DNA of 64,000 bases, taken from Eledone cirrhosa (taxonomy: Eukaryota). Within the stretch, counting starts at the first letter, position 1; each line of letters begins with the position of its first letter. The notes below the pieces were generated by a model. The model did no database searches. It was not told where the DNA came from and saw only the letters and a program-made list of their open reading frames with translations. The position numbers were made by a program, and so were the translations under genes. The DNA lies in assembly GCA_964016885.1 (NCBI GenBank), contig OZ024742.1, positions 309,008,001 to 309,072,000 on the forward strand, given 5' to 3'. Below, in pieces: positions 25,658-38,077 of the stretch.

Positions 25658-25969
25658 TATATATGTACGTATGTATGTGTGTGTACATTCGCTGAATATC
25701 AACTGCGTTATATTGAAGAGAGCAAACTGATAACACGTGATACAGAAGTTTACTTAAAAAGGAAAAGCGAATAGAGAGAACATGACATACATACATACAT
25801 ACACGCACACATGCACACATACATACATACATACATACATACATACATACATACATACATACATACATACATACATACATACATACAACGCCGATACCTG
25901 AAGAAGGTAGATGAGAGAAAAGTGCTTAATAAAAGATTCAGACGAAACTAAACATCAGTCTATAAAGAT

Positions 25970-26896
25970 ATGAAGGGCAAAATAATAAGTGTCACTGTGG
26001 CCCCATCTCAGAAAGACATAGATTCCTTTTGGAGCAAAATATGGGGTGAAAAGAAGAATTTCAACCCAGATGCAGTGTGGCTAAAAGAAATCCGAAAGAA
26101 TTATTGCTCCTACACTACAACAAAAACATACAAAATAAGTGAGGGTACCCTTGAGACTGTGATAGGAAAACTCCAAGAAAAGAAAACACCAGGAAGAGAC
26201 ATGATTGTCGGCTACTGGTACAAAAAACTGATATTTTATCGGAGGTATCTTACTGACTTCTACCAACAAGTTATTAAGGGAGATACACTTATACCAGAGT
26301 GGTTGACATTAGCACAAACATTACTGGTCCCCAAGAACAAAGACACCCACTTTGAAAAAAACTACCGACCCATTGCATGCGAGAACCTGATGTATAAGAT
26401 GTATACAGCCTGCCTGAATCTATTCCTCCAAGATCACTATGAAAATAATAACATCATCACAGATGAACAAGCAGCTGGAAAGAAAGGGGTTTGGGGGTGT
26501 GCTGAACAACTCCTAATCAACAAAACTGCGATGTCGGAGGTGCGACAACTTAGGAGGAATATGGCTACAGTCTGGCTGGACTACAGGAAAGCTTTCGATT
26601 CTGTTCCCCACTCTTGGATGATAGAGGCCCTCCAACTTGCTAAAGTCCCAGAAATTATTGTCAGAGCCATAGAGAGGCTGTCTTCTTCTTGGGCTACTAT
26701 CCTAAGGTTAAAGACAGAGAGGGAGGACTCTATTTTCACTGATAAAATAAAATATTGCAGGAGTATATTTCAGGGGGACAGTCTCTCTGTGATATTATTC
26801 ATCTTGTCATTAAACCACTTGTCCTTTCTGCTCAAGAAATGTGAGGGATACGTCATTGGCTCGCAGGAGGACAGAAATACGAACCTAACAACATAA
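25970..26896 (+). pseudogene. Reverse transcriptase (N-terminal part, frameshifted before the FVDD motif)
   Basis: PG.D, NYRPIAC, WLDYRKAFDSVPH and IFQGDSLS motifs. Confidence 0.85.
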
Positions 26897-27010
26897 TTTC
26901 TTTGTCGACGATCTGAAACTCTATGCCAAGAACATGGATGGGATGAAGAAAAATCTTGACCTGGTTACAACGTTCTCAAAGGATATAGGAATGGAATTTG
27001 ACCAAGATAA

Positions 27011-28456
27011 ATGCTCATACATGACTGTAACGCGGGGAAAACAACAACCCAATCTAGCAACATTGTCATCAATGGCCTAACTGTTTCACCGATATCTGAT
27101 GAGGACTGCTACAGATACCTGGGGATAGATGAGAACATATCCTATAATGGTATCTGTAATAAAGAACGCGTAACCAGGGAATACTACACCCGATTAAGAA
27201 AGATCTGGTCATCGGAACTCTCTGCGCAAAACAAAACAGTGGCTCACAATGTGTTTGCTGTGCCTGGCCTAACACCAACGTTTGGAATACTCAATTGGAT
27301 GATAAACGAAATCCGAGCAGTTGATGTTGGAACTCGAAAGATACTGAACAACACCGGAAACTTCCACATCAACAGTAACATAGACCGCCTTAACTTGAAG
27401 CGTAAGCAGGGAGGCAGAGGCCTAACATCAGTCCAGACAACATTTGAATGTCGCATCATATCTCTCCGACAACATCTACGAACCTCGGAGCGTAGGAGCC
27501 CGTTTCTCGAGCAAGTCTATCTGCATGAAACAGATAAGATCATGAGAGTTGGGAAGGAACTCTTCGAGAGATATTCCCTGTGTGATAATCAAAAACTCAC
27601 ACCCAGGGATGTCGCTCAGCAGTATCGCAGTGAATCCATGGATGAAAAACTGCATGCCTATCAGCAAAAAATCATGCATGGATATGTTTCCAGGAAGCTC
27701 CAGAATGAGAGTAATATAGATAAGGAAAGTAGTCTATATTGGACCAACAACCGCTATATTGGCTCCCACTTTGAAGGATACGCTTTTGCAATCCAGGAAC
27801 AGGAGATTAACACGAAATACCTGATTCACAAAAGAGATAGGGATGCAGACAAAACACCTAGATGTGATAACAAGTGCAGACTCTGCAGAACTAACATCGA
27901 GGATATAACCCATGTCATCAGCAGCTGTCCAAAGATGTCATCACGGTACTATCTACCTATGAGGCATGATGTAGTGGCCAAAATACTGTACAATGCAGTT
28001 CGTAAAAATGATAGCCCCGATAATAAACACATTAAAAGCTACAGCAATGTAGAAGACATCCATGTACATAATATGAAAGAGTACTGGTGGAATGTTCCAG
28101 TAAAAACCCCAATAAAATGCAGGCATAACAGACCAGATATTATGATATGGGACAGGGAGAAGAAAGCATGCACAGTAGTGGAAATTAGCTGCCCAGCAGA
28201 TGCCAGTATAATATCAAAGGAGAATATTTATGCAGAACTGATGAGAAATCTGCAGATACTCCACCCTGATTACACCTTCAGATTTATGCCTGTGATTATT
28301 GGGGCACTGGGATATGTCAGTAACTGCCTCAATACAAATCTTGAGAAGCTAGGCTTCACAGGAACAGAAAGAACACAACTAGTTAGGAAATTACAAGTAC
28401 AATCCATTAATGGAACAGTAAAAATATGTAAAACATTCCAAAAATGTTGCATCTAA
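27011..28456 (+). CDS. RT thumb + zinc knuckle + RLE endonuclease
   Basis: YRYLG, GGRGL, CRLC…H…C, RHD and RPD…VEISCP motifs. Confidence 0.85.
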   Translation: MLIHDCNAGKTTTQSSNIVINGLTVSPISDEDCYRYLGIDENISYNGICNKERVTREYYTRLRKIWSSELSAQNKTVAHNVFAVPGLTPTFGILNWMINEIRAVDVGTRKILNNTGNFHINSNIDRLNLKRKQGGRGLTSVQTTFECRIISLRQHLRTSERRSPFLEQVYLHETDKIMRVGKELFERYSLCDNQKLTPRDVAQQYRSESMDEKLHAYQQKIMHGYVSRKLQNESNIDKESSLYWTNNRYIGSHFEGYAFAIQEQEINTKYLIHKRDRDADKTPRCDNKCRLCRTNIEDITHVISSCPKMSSRYYLPMRHDVVAKILYNAVRKNDSPDNKHIKSYSNVEDIHVHNMKEYWWNVPVKTPIKCRHNRPDIMIWDREKKACTVVEISCPADASIISKENIYAELMRNLQILHPDYTFRFMPVIIGALGYVSNCLNTNLEKLGFTGTERTQLVRKLQVQSINGTVKICKTFQKCCI

Positions 28457-28744
28457 TAACTGCATATACACATGTACAGATGCAAAGCATATACACATGC
28501 ACACATACAACTCAAAACATACACATCCACACATACATTAACATCCATATCTACACATGCATGCATACATACATATCTACCTAGTTGATGTTGTGTAAAT
28601 TCCAATGAGAGAGTCTTGTGTCTATGTTAGAACCGACCCTCTCTCTATTGGTAAACATTTGTGAAATTATAAAACCAGAAGAACATACATACATACATGC
28701 ATATGCAAGGAAGAGAGGGGCAAGACAGACAAGCAGGCAGTTAA

Positions 28745-28822
<78 letters not shown>

Positions 28823-29653
28823 TTCTTTATTTGCCACAAGGGCGCACAAGTAAAGGGGACAAAACAAGGACACATGCCGGAGATTTTACATACAATCGTG
28901 TAAAAATATTGAAACAAATTTAACAATCGAAATCCCCAATAGGGGGGAGGCGCCACAAATGGGTTGTTTAATACCCCATCTATAGAACAACCCTCAACTT
29001 CAGGAGCGTGTTGTACAAGTGCTCCTTTCTTCCTTTTGCTATCTTCTTCAACCTACAGGTTTATATACAGAGCAGGCCCAATCACTCGGGCCATTTTTGC
29101 CACATTCACCCACGTTTCAGTAAATTTACTGGGGTGCAGTGCCTCTCTCTCCACTCTGATTCTCCTTCTAAAGTGGTACCTAAAGAAAGGAATGAGTTGT
29201 TGTCCGGAGAGAAAAGCATCTGTCCTCAGTCCTCTCAAACTCGTCCACCATATAACCTCTTTCACCATAGCCACTATACGGAGGAAAACCGCCTCTCTTT
29301 CGTTTTTGAAAGAAGTTGGCGGTTTTATCCTTACTATGGACTCGGCAGTCAACTGGATTTGTCCCATACGCGACAACAGTTGTTCTGCATAGTTCCACAG
29401 GTCAGTTACACCCGGGTAGTGTACAATTGCGTGCAAGACGGTTTCAATATCCTGCTCGCATCTTGGAAGGATCCCTGCTGGGGCGTCCGTGCCTGTAGAT
29501 CTTGTCTCGAACTAGTAGAGCTCCTCGGTAGCACTGCCAGGCCAGGGACCTCTGGAAGTTGTCCATAGGTCCCGGGCGGAAAGTCCTACCAAACAGACTG
29601 GTGAGCTCGTCATCTTCGACGCCTAGAGTCTCCCCGAACACGTCGTCGCCCTT
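28745..29653 (-). mobile_element. L1/Tx1 3' fragment with (TATC)n tail
   Basis: Homologous to 7830-8660. The tail is (GATA)n on the + strand at 28745-28821. Confidence 0.85.
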
Positions 29654-29654
29654 G

Positions 29655-30790
29655 TGAGAGAGATGGAGATAGTAGAAGGAGACAAACTGAAAAGAAAAGA
29701 GAGAATGACAACAACGAGAGAGATAATGTCGAAATTGAGACAAAATGATAAAGAGAGAGAGGTGTAGAAACAAAGAGCTAGAGAGAGAGAGCAACAAAGT
29801 GATAGAGAGAGGAAGAATGTCTGTGTGTAGAGAGAGAAAAAGAGATAGAGAGAGGTAGAAGGTGTAGAGAGGGAGACAAAGAGGGAGTAGAAAGGTAGAG
29901 CAGAAAGATGAGATGGAGATGAGAGGTTAGAGAGACCAAGGAGGGAGAAAACCAGAGAGAGGAGAAGGTAAGAGAGAAGAGTGAACGAGATAAAGAAAGA
30001 GAGGCAGAGCGACAGAGCAACATGAAAGACAGACAGAGAAAGAGAGACAGATACAGAGAGGCAGACAAAGAGAGACAGAGACAGAGAGGCGGAGAAAGAG
30101 AGAGAGATAAGGAGAGACAGATAAAGAGAGGCAGACAAAGAGAGACAGAGAAAGAGAGGCGGAGAAAGAGAGACAGAGAAAGAGAGGCGGCGAAAGAGAG
30201 AGAGAGAGAGAGAGAGAGAGAAGGAGAGACAGACAAAGAAAGGCAGACAAAGAGAGACAGAGAAAGAGAGAGAGAGAAGGAGAAACAGACAAAGAGAGGC
30301 AGACAAAGAGAGACACAGAAAGAGAGGCGGAGAAAGAGAGACAGAGAAAGAGACACAGAGAGGGAGAGGCGGAGAAAGGGAGACAGAGAAAGAGAGGCAG
30401 AGAAAGAGAGGCAGAGAAAGAGAGGCGGAGAAAGAGAGGCATAGTAAGAGAGAAAGAGAAAGAGAAGCAGAGAAAGGGAGACAGAGAGACAAAGAAAGGC
30501 AGAGAAAAAGATAGAGCGACAGAGAAAGAGTGACAGAGAAAGAGAGACCGGGAAAGAGAGACAGGGCGACAGAGAAAGAGAAAAAGAGAGACAGAGAAAA
30601 CGATACCGAGCGACAGAGAAAGAGAGAAAGGGAGAAAGAGAAAGAACTACCGAGAAAGAGAGTCCGAGTGACATAGAGAGAGAGACAGAGCGACAGAGAA
30701 AGAGAGATAGAGTGACAGAGAAAGAGAGACCGATAAAGAGAGGCAAAGAAAAATATAAGAGAGGCGGAGAGTGAGTGAGAGAGAAAATTG
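29655..30790. repeat. GA-rich low-complexity tract
   Basis: Degenerate agagacagagaa repeats. Confidence 0.9.
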
Positions 30791-31964
30791 ACAAGAAATG
30801 ACAGTTTCTCTATTTCTATTCACACAATTCTATTTTAAACAACGTCAAATATTAAAAGAATACAAGAAATAACTAATTGATGAACGGTGAGGTAAATATT
30901 TATCTACTGTTACTGGTGGTGGTGGTGGTGGTAGTGATGGTGGTGATGGAAGTGGTGGTTGAAGTGGTGGTTTGGTAGTGCTGGTGGTGCTGGTACCGGT
31001 TGTTGTGGTGGTGGAAGTGGTGGTTAGGTGGTGCTGGTGGTGCTGGTGGTAGCAGAGTTATTGCTGCTGCTGTTCCTATTTACTGTTCTTGGTGGTATTC
31101 TTGTTGGTGGTGTTGTTGTTGCTGCTGTTGTTGTTGGTAATGGTTGTTGTTGATGATGTTTTTTTGTTGTTTCTGCTGCTGCTGCTGTTTCTTCTATTGG
31201 ATTTCCATCGTTTTCGGCGATGAGTGTTCCAGTTGTTTATCGTGCAAGCGGTGATCATACCACTAGTAAGAATATCTTTAAAGTAGTTCTCAGGAAGATT
31301 CAGTGGAACAGGGTGTGTGACAATGTTGGCACTTATAAATTACAGTTACAATTCATTTTTGTCGGCTGAGTGAACTGGAACAACGTGAAATAAAATGTCT
31401 TCCTCAAGGATTTAACGCACCACCAGAAATCGAACTCACAACCTTACACCGTAAGCACTAAACGCGCATCCAGTTTACTGATTCTATTGGTTCACGATGG
31501 TGATGTTGGAGTTCAGTTTGAGTTAGTTTATGTTTCTGACTTAGTCAATTCTACATAACAATTACAATGACCAAGTAGATGTTATTTCCTCGGTGGTCTT
31601 ACTTCTTATCCAATGTGGCGAGGTTTTTTTTTTTTTTAAATTAGAACTACACATATCTTTGAGGTATGTGTCATGACTCGGTGTTTGATATGTGTTTGTA
31701 ATGGCTATTTTTAATATTTTATTAATGTTTTAAGTCCCTTAGCCATCATTTACCAGGTAAACGCATGTACGAAGGTAAGTCAAATATTTTCTGCACTTTA
31801 GCCATAACATATCTTTAGGTTTGACACACTGCCTTCTACTTATGCGTGCTTCCAGTTGGTACTATTGTGGTCACTTGATCGAAGGTTGAGCCAGTTTTCT
31901 TGCTGCTGTTACGTGTTACGGTGTAAACATGGACACTCCGCTATCAGAGTGCATCATAATAATG

Positions 31965-32150
31965 GCTTTCTGCTTTAGGCACAAGGCCAACAATTTGGGA
32001 GGAGGGGAAAGTCGATCACATCAACCCCAGTGCGTCACTGGTACTTTATTTACCGACCCCGTAAGGACGAAAGACAAAGCTAACCTCGGTGGAATTTGAA
32101 ATCCAAACGTAAAGGGCCGTAACTCTATGCCGCAAAGCATATTGTCCGAT
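31965..32150 (-). mobile_element. SINE family A
   Basis: Matches 21060-21253. Confidence 0.75.
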
Positions 32151-32313
32151 ATGTTAGAGGAATATAATGGCACCTCTTTATTTGTTTAAGGCAAAAGTAA
32201 GTATATTCTCATGCGGCTCTCTCCACCCTCTGAGTCCAATCCCTTCGAGGTCAATAAAAACATGTACCAGTCTAGTACTGAGGTCGACTCTCTCTCTCTC
32301 ACTCACTCTCTCA

Positions 32314-32345
<32 letters not shown>

Positions 32346-32532
32346 CTCTCTCTCTCTCAGGAAAAGGTTAGCCTTATTCAGACCTGGAGAAGGGATGGGC
32401 TCCACCAAGTTTAAAGTGCGACTCCACCAGGAGTTATAGATACTTTTAAGTATATTCTAAGTTGTTACTCAAATTAACGAAGTGCGAGGTTTATTTATCA
32501 CTTTATATTGATGAAAACAAATTTGATTTGAT

Positions 32533-32571
<39 letters not shown>

Positions 32572-33207
32572 TTTTGTTATTTTGACATTTGCAATAAATA
32601 ATTACAGATGAAAATAAATAAACCTACCTTTTGCTATAAAGATTGATGTAACCATAACAACAGAAGTGTATGTATTCTATAAATGTACCTGGTTACTGTT
32701 AACCCCTATCATTAACAGTAGTAAGTGTTGACTACAAATTACAGTTTTATACGAAACCTTCTACTCTAAAACAAATGTTTTGGGGGGTTTTTTTCTTATT
32801 TTGATATTATAAATAAAGAATATTTTGTTCTTTATGTTTACACAACACAACATACTGAGAAAAAAGTAAAAGCATTTTTAATGATCATAGGTTATTAAAC
32901 ACATTTTTTATTTTAAATTTGATATATTTTCTTTCTTTGATTGGTTTATTTATCACTTTCAGATAAGTTTCAGTTGTAGTTCTTCCAACTCGACAAGAGA
33001 GACATTTTCGCGAATTAGTTTCGCCTGAATCGATGTTTTTATTTTGATTTTTATCTTACTTGAATTGTTTTTATGAATGAATAATGAGTGAGGGTGAGGG
33101 TGAAAGAAGTGAGAATCGGAAGGTCAGAAACCATTGTTGATCAGAAAGAAATTTATCATTTAAAGAGTTTCATTGCTTTATTGTTATTTTGTAATTTTAG
33201 TAGTTAC

Positions 33208-33367
33208 ACGAGGACACACACGTGACTCCCACGAGGACACACACATGACTCCCACGAGGACACACACAGGACTTCCACGAGGACACACACAGGACTTCCA
33301 CGAGGACATACACATGTTTCCCACGAGGACACACACATGACTCGCACGAGGACACACACAGGACTCA
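33208..33367. repeat. Minisatellite, 7 x 23 bp
   Basis: Unit acgaggacacacacatgactccc and variants. Confidence 0.9.
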
Positions 33368-33675
33368 ATGAGTAAGCAGTTTCCTTTACTATCACAAGTT
33401 TTCGGGTTCAGTCCCACTACATGGTAGTTTATGAAGACAGTTCAGCCATGCGGCGTCCACAAAAGACATCAATAATACCTAAATATATATTCTTTTTAAT
33501 AGATGTTACGTGACACTGGTAAATGTTCAGGGAGATATGAAGTCTTAATAGATAATGTAATCAACACTGCATTATCGATTTTAAACAATGTTAATCTATG
33601 GAGTTATATAACATCAACCGTAATAAATAGACATGTGTGTTTGTATAACTAGTTATATATATATAGATATATATG

Positions 33676-33881
33676 TTTATTAAAATAACAGATTAAAGAA
33701 TCGCTGCTTTCACCCTTAATGGGAGTTTCATAAGATCCCGTTAAGGGTGAAAGCAGCGATTCTTTGCTTAAACTTTAATCTGTTATTTTAATAAATATTT
33801 GCTCTGCGGTTCTTATATATTTTATATATATTTATCCTTATCGAGCCCTCTTTGGATTTTAGTCTTCAAATTTATTATTAT

Positions 33882-33885
<4 letters not shown>
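33676..33885. mobile_element. Short TA-embedded repeat family B (other pieces at 9874-9943, 34356-34508, 42632-42762)
   Basis: Shared aaactttaatctgttattttaataaata and tttatccttatcgagccctctttggattttagtcttc blocks, in varying relative orientation. Confidence 0.75.
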
Positions 33886-33938
<53 letters not shown>

Positions 33939-33941
<3 letters not shown>

Positions 33942-34211
33942 AAAAAGATGAAATCGAAAATGCAACTGGAGTCTTATTTTAAAAAAATATATATATATTT
34001 ATTTGGTTCTTTTACCGGTTTCGCAGTTCTTCTGCTTTTCAAAAGTAGAGTTGAGATGGAGGGTCTGTGGTTTTTCTCACCACAGACCCTCCATCTCAAC
34101 TCTACTTTTAAAAAGCAGAAGAACTGCGAAACGGGTAAAGGAACCAAATACATATATATATTTTTTTTTTAAATAAAACTTCAGTTGCATTTTCGATTTC
34201 ATTTTTTTTTC
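33939..34211. repeat. Palindromic module (about 133-bp arms) with a U3-A8 hammerhead variant
   Basis: Arms 33939-34071 and 34079-34211. The - strand at 34010-34045 reads tt-TTGAAAA-gcag/ctgc-GAAA-CCGG-TA-aa. Confidence 0.8.
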
Positions 34212-34284
34212 TTTATACTTTCACTCGTGTAGGACACCTCGGTTATTTTTCATTTTGTGAGGAAAAAAAAAAAACCCTCACTTT

Positions 34285-34343
<59 letters not shown>

Positions 34344-34505
34344 CTAGTTATATGTAAGATCCCGTTAAGGGTGAAAGCAGCGATTCTTTGCTTAAACTTT
34401 AATCTGTTATTTTAATAAATATTTGCTCTGCGGTTCTTATATATTTGATATATATTTATCCTTATCGAGCCCTCTTTGGATTTTAGTCTTCAAATTTATT
34501 ATTAT

Positions 34506-34564
<59 letters not shown>

Positions 34565-34766
34565 TCGTTTGGAAGCCTCGACAATGCAAATGGGTAAAAC
34601 TCCGGGTAACAAGGTCCGGTGATGGAGAGAGAGATGTAAGTGGGTGTACGTTGAGATGCGTGGTGTGTATAAGATGTGTGAGATGTGTAGAATGAAGGGA
34701 AGAGTATAAAGGATAAAATTAAAATAACAACACAAGAGAGAGTTACCTTGGGAGAGATTTAATAGT

Positions 34767-34802
34767 CCCTATATATTTCGGATTCACATCCATCAACTGG
34801 GG
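34767..34802 (-). ncRNA. Variant minimal hammerhead in the PLE 3' pseudo-LTR
   Basis: ccc-CAGTTGA-t-ggat/atcc-GAAA-TATA-TA-ggg. Confidence 0.5.
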
Positions 34803-35196
34803 TTTTTTCCGGGGTGGGGGAAAAGGTTGTCTGTCGGACAAGTCCGGAACGCGTCCTTCGCTGTTTGTTGTTTTGAATATCTGAGGTATTCGGCAGAGCG
34901 CGCGTGCGCGTGAAATGGGGTCGGTCGTACAGAGGTCAGCGGCCGAATGAGGGAGTGGGATGACGCTAGCTGTCAGTCCATTCTCTGCCTGTTTGTTAAA
35001 TGTTACTGTGTGTGTGTGCGTGTGTTGTTGTCTCGCTTGAGTGTGTGTGTGTGTGTGTGCGTGTGTTGTTGCTTTGTTCCTCTGTATTGGCAGTGTAGTA
35101 TGTTCGTATGGTGGAATGCTACTGTGTGTGTGTGTAGTTGTCTCGTTTGCGTGTGTGTGTGTGCGTGTGTTGTGTGTTGTTGCATCGCTTGTTAAC

Positions 35197-35817
35197 TTAA
35201 ACCAACCATCTCATTTCGCTTCTCTCTGATCGGTTGTTTATTTGCGGTTGCAGTCGTTTGATAAAAAGCGCTTCCTTGATACGTAACGTGCCGACGTTTC
35301 TTTCAGTCACTAGAATTGTGACAATGGGCCTTCCGTCTTTGTTTCCGCATTTGTCTATGTGTTTCCGGAAAGACGAGGCCCTGGTTTTAATGTGTTCCTT
35401 GATCCGGATGTGCAAAGGTCGAATTGTGCTACCTATGTAGTATTGGTTGCACCTGTCACATTCTATCTTATACACGACGTATGTGCGTAGGCAACAGTTC
35501 GCATGGCGTATCGGGCAGTCTCTGAGGGAGCATGCGTCAGTAGATTTTTCGGGTTTCCTGGAGAGGCATCTTCGCAGGGAGGGGTCCGAGTGGGCCAGGT
35601 GGATGTCGAGGCCCTCCCTCCGTATAGCCTTGCGGATAGCGTTGGTGGTTTTCTCTCCCAGGTGTGGCATTTTAAGGAACCACTTGCCTTGGGTGCTTCT
35701 CTGTCTCTTGCGTCTGGTGTCTCCTATTCTGTCTGTGATCGAGGTAGGGTACCCGTTCGTCTCCAGCACCTCGAGGAATCGCTTGGTATGAGTGACACCA
35801 CTCGCGGATCGCTGCAT
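35197..35817 (-). pseudogene. PLE linker + GIY-YIG endonuclease (frameshifted from RT)
   Basis: VVYKIEC..C.QYYIGST.R.L..RIKEH…EALFI…P.IN. Confidence 0.9.
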
Positions 35818-36857
35818 CTGTTTTTGATTCGCGCGATCTCGTTCGTGGTGTATCCTCTTTTGGCACTGTTAGGGAGGGCGGACTTGTAGTGAACGAATAG
35901 GTCCCTGCAGGCTGCCTTTCGGTAGAAGTTGCAGTGGATCCTTCCCTGTTCCGTGATGTTGATTCGGAAGTCGAGGAGGGCAAGTGACCCGTCTTCGTTG
36001 GGGTGTTCAACACTGAAGTCAATGTTCTCGTCCGTGTTGTTGAACGTCTCATAGATTCTGTTCGCCGTGTCTTGGGAAGATGTGAGGATGAGGATATCGT
36101 CCACGTACCTTGAGAAAAAGGCTACGGCGTTGAGGTGGCAGGCGCTGAGTGCCTTGCGTTCGAGGTTGTCCATGTAAGAGATCGCTAGCACACCTGATAG
36201 GCTTGATCCCATGGGCAATCCCGAGGTTTGTTGGTATATTTGGTCAAGGAATCCGAAGTAGGTGTTGTCGACGACGAAGGATAGGAGTTGGTGGATGTCA
36301 GTGGTGGTGAGCCCGTAGCAGTGTAGGTCGGTCGATTGGACGCGTTCCATTAGTATATTGACGGCCGGGAGTGCCGGGACCGAGGTGTAGAGAGCGACTA
36401 CATCAAGGCTGAAGGCATATCTGTTATTCCTTCTGGTGTCGGGATCCATTTGATGCAGGCGCTTCAACACCTCCTCGGAGCTGTTAACGTATCCCGGCAA
36501 GGTGTCTAAGATGGGTTTGAGTATTCTGACTAGGAGCCATGAAATTTTGTAGAGTGGTCTCTCCACGCTCCATACGATGGGCCTGATCTTCAGGTCGGGT
36601 CCCTGTTTGTGTGTTTTCACGAGGTGGTAGAAGGCGGGTAGTCTGCTGTTCCTCGTGAGGAGGTTGTATCTCAGCTTCTTCGGGAGCTTCCGCCGGTCGC
36701 AGATGTTGGTCCAGGCGGAGTTGATGTGTTCTTCTATCTGCGCGGGAGTGATTCCCGTGACCTTGGAGTAGAGGTTGTCATCGTCAAGCGTTGGAAGGCC
36801 AGGGTGTTGTAGGCCTCTCTGCGGAGATTTACCCATTTGCATTGTCGAGGCTTCCAA
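35724..36857 (-). CDS. Penelope-type reverse transcriptase
   Basis: LVKTHK…RPIV, SLDVVALYTSVP, QTSGLPMGS, RYVDD, LLDF and YRK motifs. Confidence 0.92.
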   Translation of the reverse strand: MEASTMQMGKSPQRGLQHPGLPTLDDDNLYSKVTGITPAQIEEHINSAWTNICDRRKLPKKLRYNLLTRNSRLPAFYHLVKTHKQGPDLKIRPIVWSVERPLYKISWLLVRILKPILDTLPGYVNSSEEVLKRLHQMDPDTRRNNRYAFSLDVVALYTSVPALPAVNILMERVQSTDLHCYGLTTTDIHQLLSFVVDNTYFGFLDQIYQQTSGLPMGSSLSGVLAISYMDNLERKALSACHLNAVAFFSRYVDDILILTSSQDTANRIYETFNNTDENIDFSVEHPNEDGSLALLDFRINITEQGRIHCNFYRKAACRDLFVHYKSALPNSAKRGYTTNEIARIKNRCSDPRVVSLIPSDSSRCWRRTGTLPRSQTE

Positions 36858-36915
36858 ACGACTTAAAGATATTTACTTATTGTTCCACAATGCTTCAAGC
36901 AAACTTCAATACTCT

Positions 36916-36958
<43 letters not shown>

Positions 36959-37147
36959 CTAGTTATATATATATATATATATATTGCCTTACCCAAACAG
37001 AAGATATAGATGCTTCATGTCTGAACGAAATTGCTAAACGTACAGTTCACCTTTTGAAAACCCGATCTGAACAACAGATTCAAAATAAATTAAAGCAAAT
37101 CGAAGTTGCTTTTAAATTAATCAATAAACATTTGGATAAACTACGGT

Positions 37148-38077
37148 GTGTTTTTTTCTTCGGACGCTATCCAGCAGCAGCAACAACAACAACAACAGCA
37201 ACAACGGCAACAACAACAACATCTACAACAACAACAGCAACAACAACAACAGCAACAGCAGCAACAACAACAACAACAGCAACAACAACAACGACAACAA
37301 CAACAACAGTGTAAACCACTCCTTGAGTCATCAACAATGGCCGATCTACTAAATGAAACTATTGATCTCCCAGTAGCCACTGTCTCACAGCAGGAAACGC
37401 CTCTTCCTTTCTCTGCCCCAGCAGTCCAATCATCACCACTGCCAACATCTCCTCTGCCTACTACTACTACTACTACATTTTTGCCTACTGCTATCTCAAG
37501 GAATTTACCTTCTAATACCAGTACAAGAACTCTCTCTCCCACAGCCCACAAAGGTCGTCAAAACGTACTCAAACTATCATCTACACCTCTCACAACACAC
37601 ACACATACACACCCACTTGAAACCCCATCATTTGCCGCTACTCTCTACGCTATAGAATATGTACGGATAGTGACTACAAATTCACCTATTTACCTAGGAC
37701 AAAACGGTCTATCCCCACACCACCATAATACATACTCTAATTTAACACCAACACAACCACCAATAACTCAAACAAGGAATCCACAAATCTGCCGCTTTTC
37801 CCAGCGAGACAGATTGTGTTTACACCGGGATTGTCCCTTTACCCATCCCCCGGGGACTCGTCGGACAAATGAAAATAAAAATAAAAGCAAAAACAAAAAC
37901 CATAACCTACATAAAAATAACCACTACCACAGTCACCAACAGTCTCCTAAACAGGAAACTTCCTCTTTTTTAGCCATAATGAATCTGGCAAAAGAACTGG
38001 AAAAAAACATTCGAGCTATCACCCAGCACCACCCTCCACTATCACCCCACTGCACAAACTCCCATTGCTGCCATTAA
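37148..38077 (+). CDS. LINE ORF1-like protein with polyQ and CCCH finger
   Basis: (CAA/CAG)n polyQ; C-x8-C-x4-C-x3-H (CRFSQRDRLCLHRDCPFTH); lies immediately upstream of ORF2. Confidence 0.6.
   Translation: MFFSSDAIQQQQQQQQQQQRQQQQHLQQQQQQQQQQQQQQQQQQQQQQRQQQQQCKPLLESSTMADLLNETIDLPVATVSQQETPLPFSAPAVQSSPLPTSPLPTTTTTTFLPTAISRNLPSNTSTRTLSPTAHKGRQNVLKLSSTPLTTHTHTHPLETPSFAATLYAIEYVRIVTTNSPIYLGQNGLSPHHHNTYSNLTPTQPPITQTRNPQICRFSQRDRLCLHRDCPFTHPPGTRRTNENKNKSKNKNHNLHKNNHYHSHQQSPKQETSSFLAIMNLAKELEKNIRAITQHHPPLSPHCTNSHCCH

Larger units (their letters stand above)
25887..28684 (+). mobile_element. R4/Dong-like RLE non-LTR retrotransposon, 5'-truncated copy 2
   Basis: RT plus CCHC knuckle plus restriction-like endonuclease, with (CATA)n on both sides. 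Confidence 0.9.
34561..36865 (-). mobile_element. Penelope-like element (5'-truncated) with 44-bp terminal inverted repeat
   Basis: RT plus GIY-YIG. 34561-34604 is the reverse complement of 36822-36865 with 1 mismatch. (TA)n flanks. Confidence 0.9.

Noticed and set aside
29623-30794. Long Leu/Ser- or Arg/Glu-rich ORFs
   Set aside because: Artefacts of a stop-free GA-rich tract.
33208-33367. CRISPR-like 23-bp repeats
   Set aside because: Head-to-tail minisatellite without spacers.
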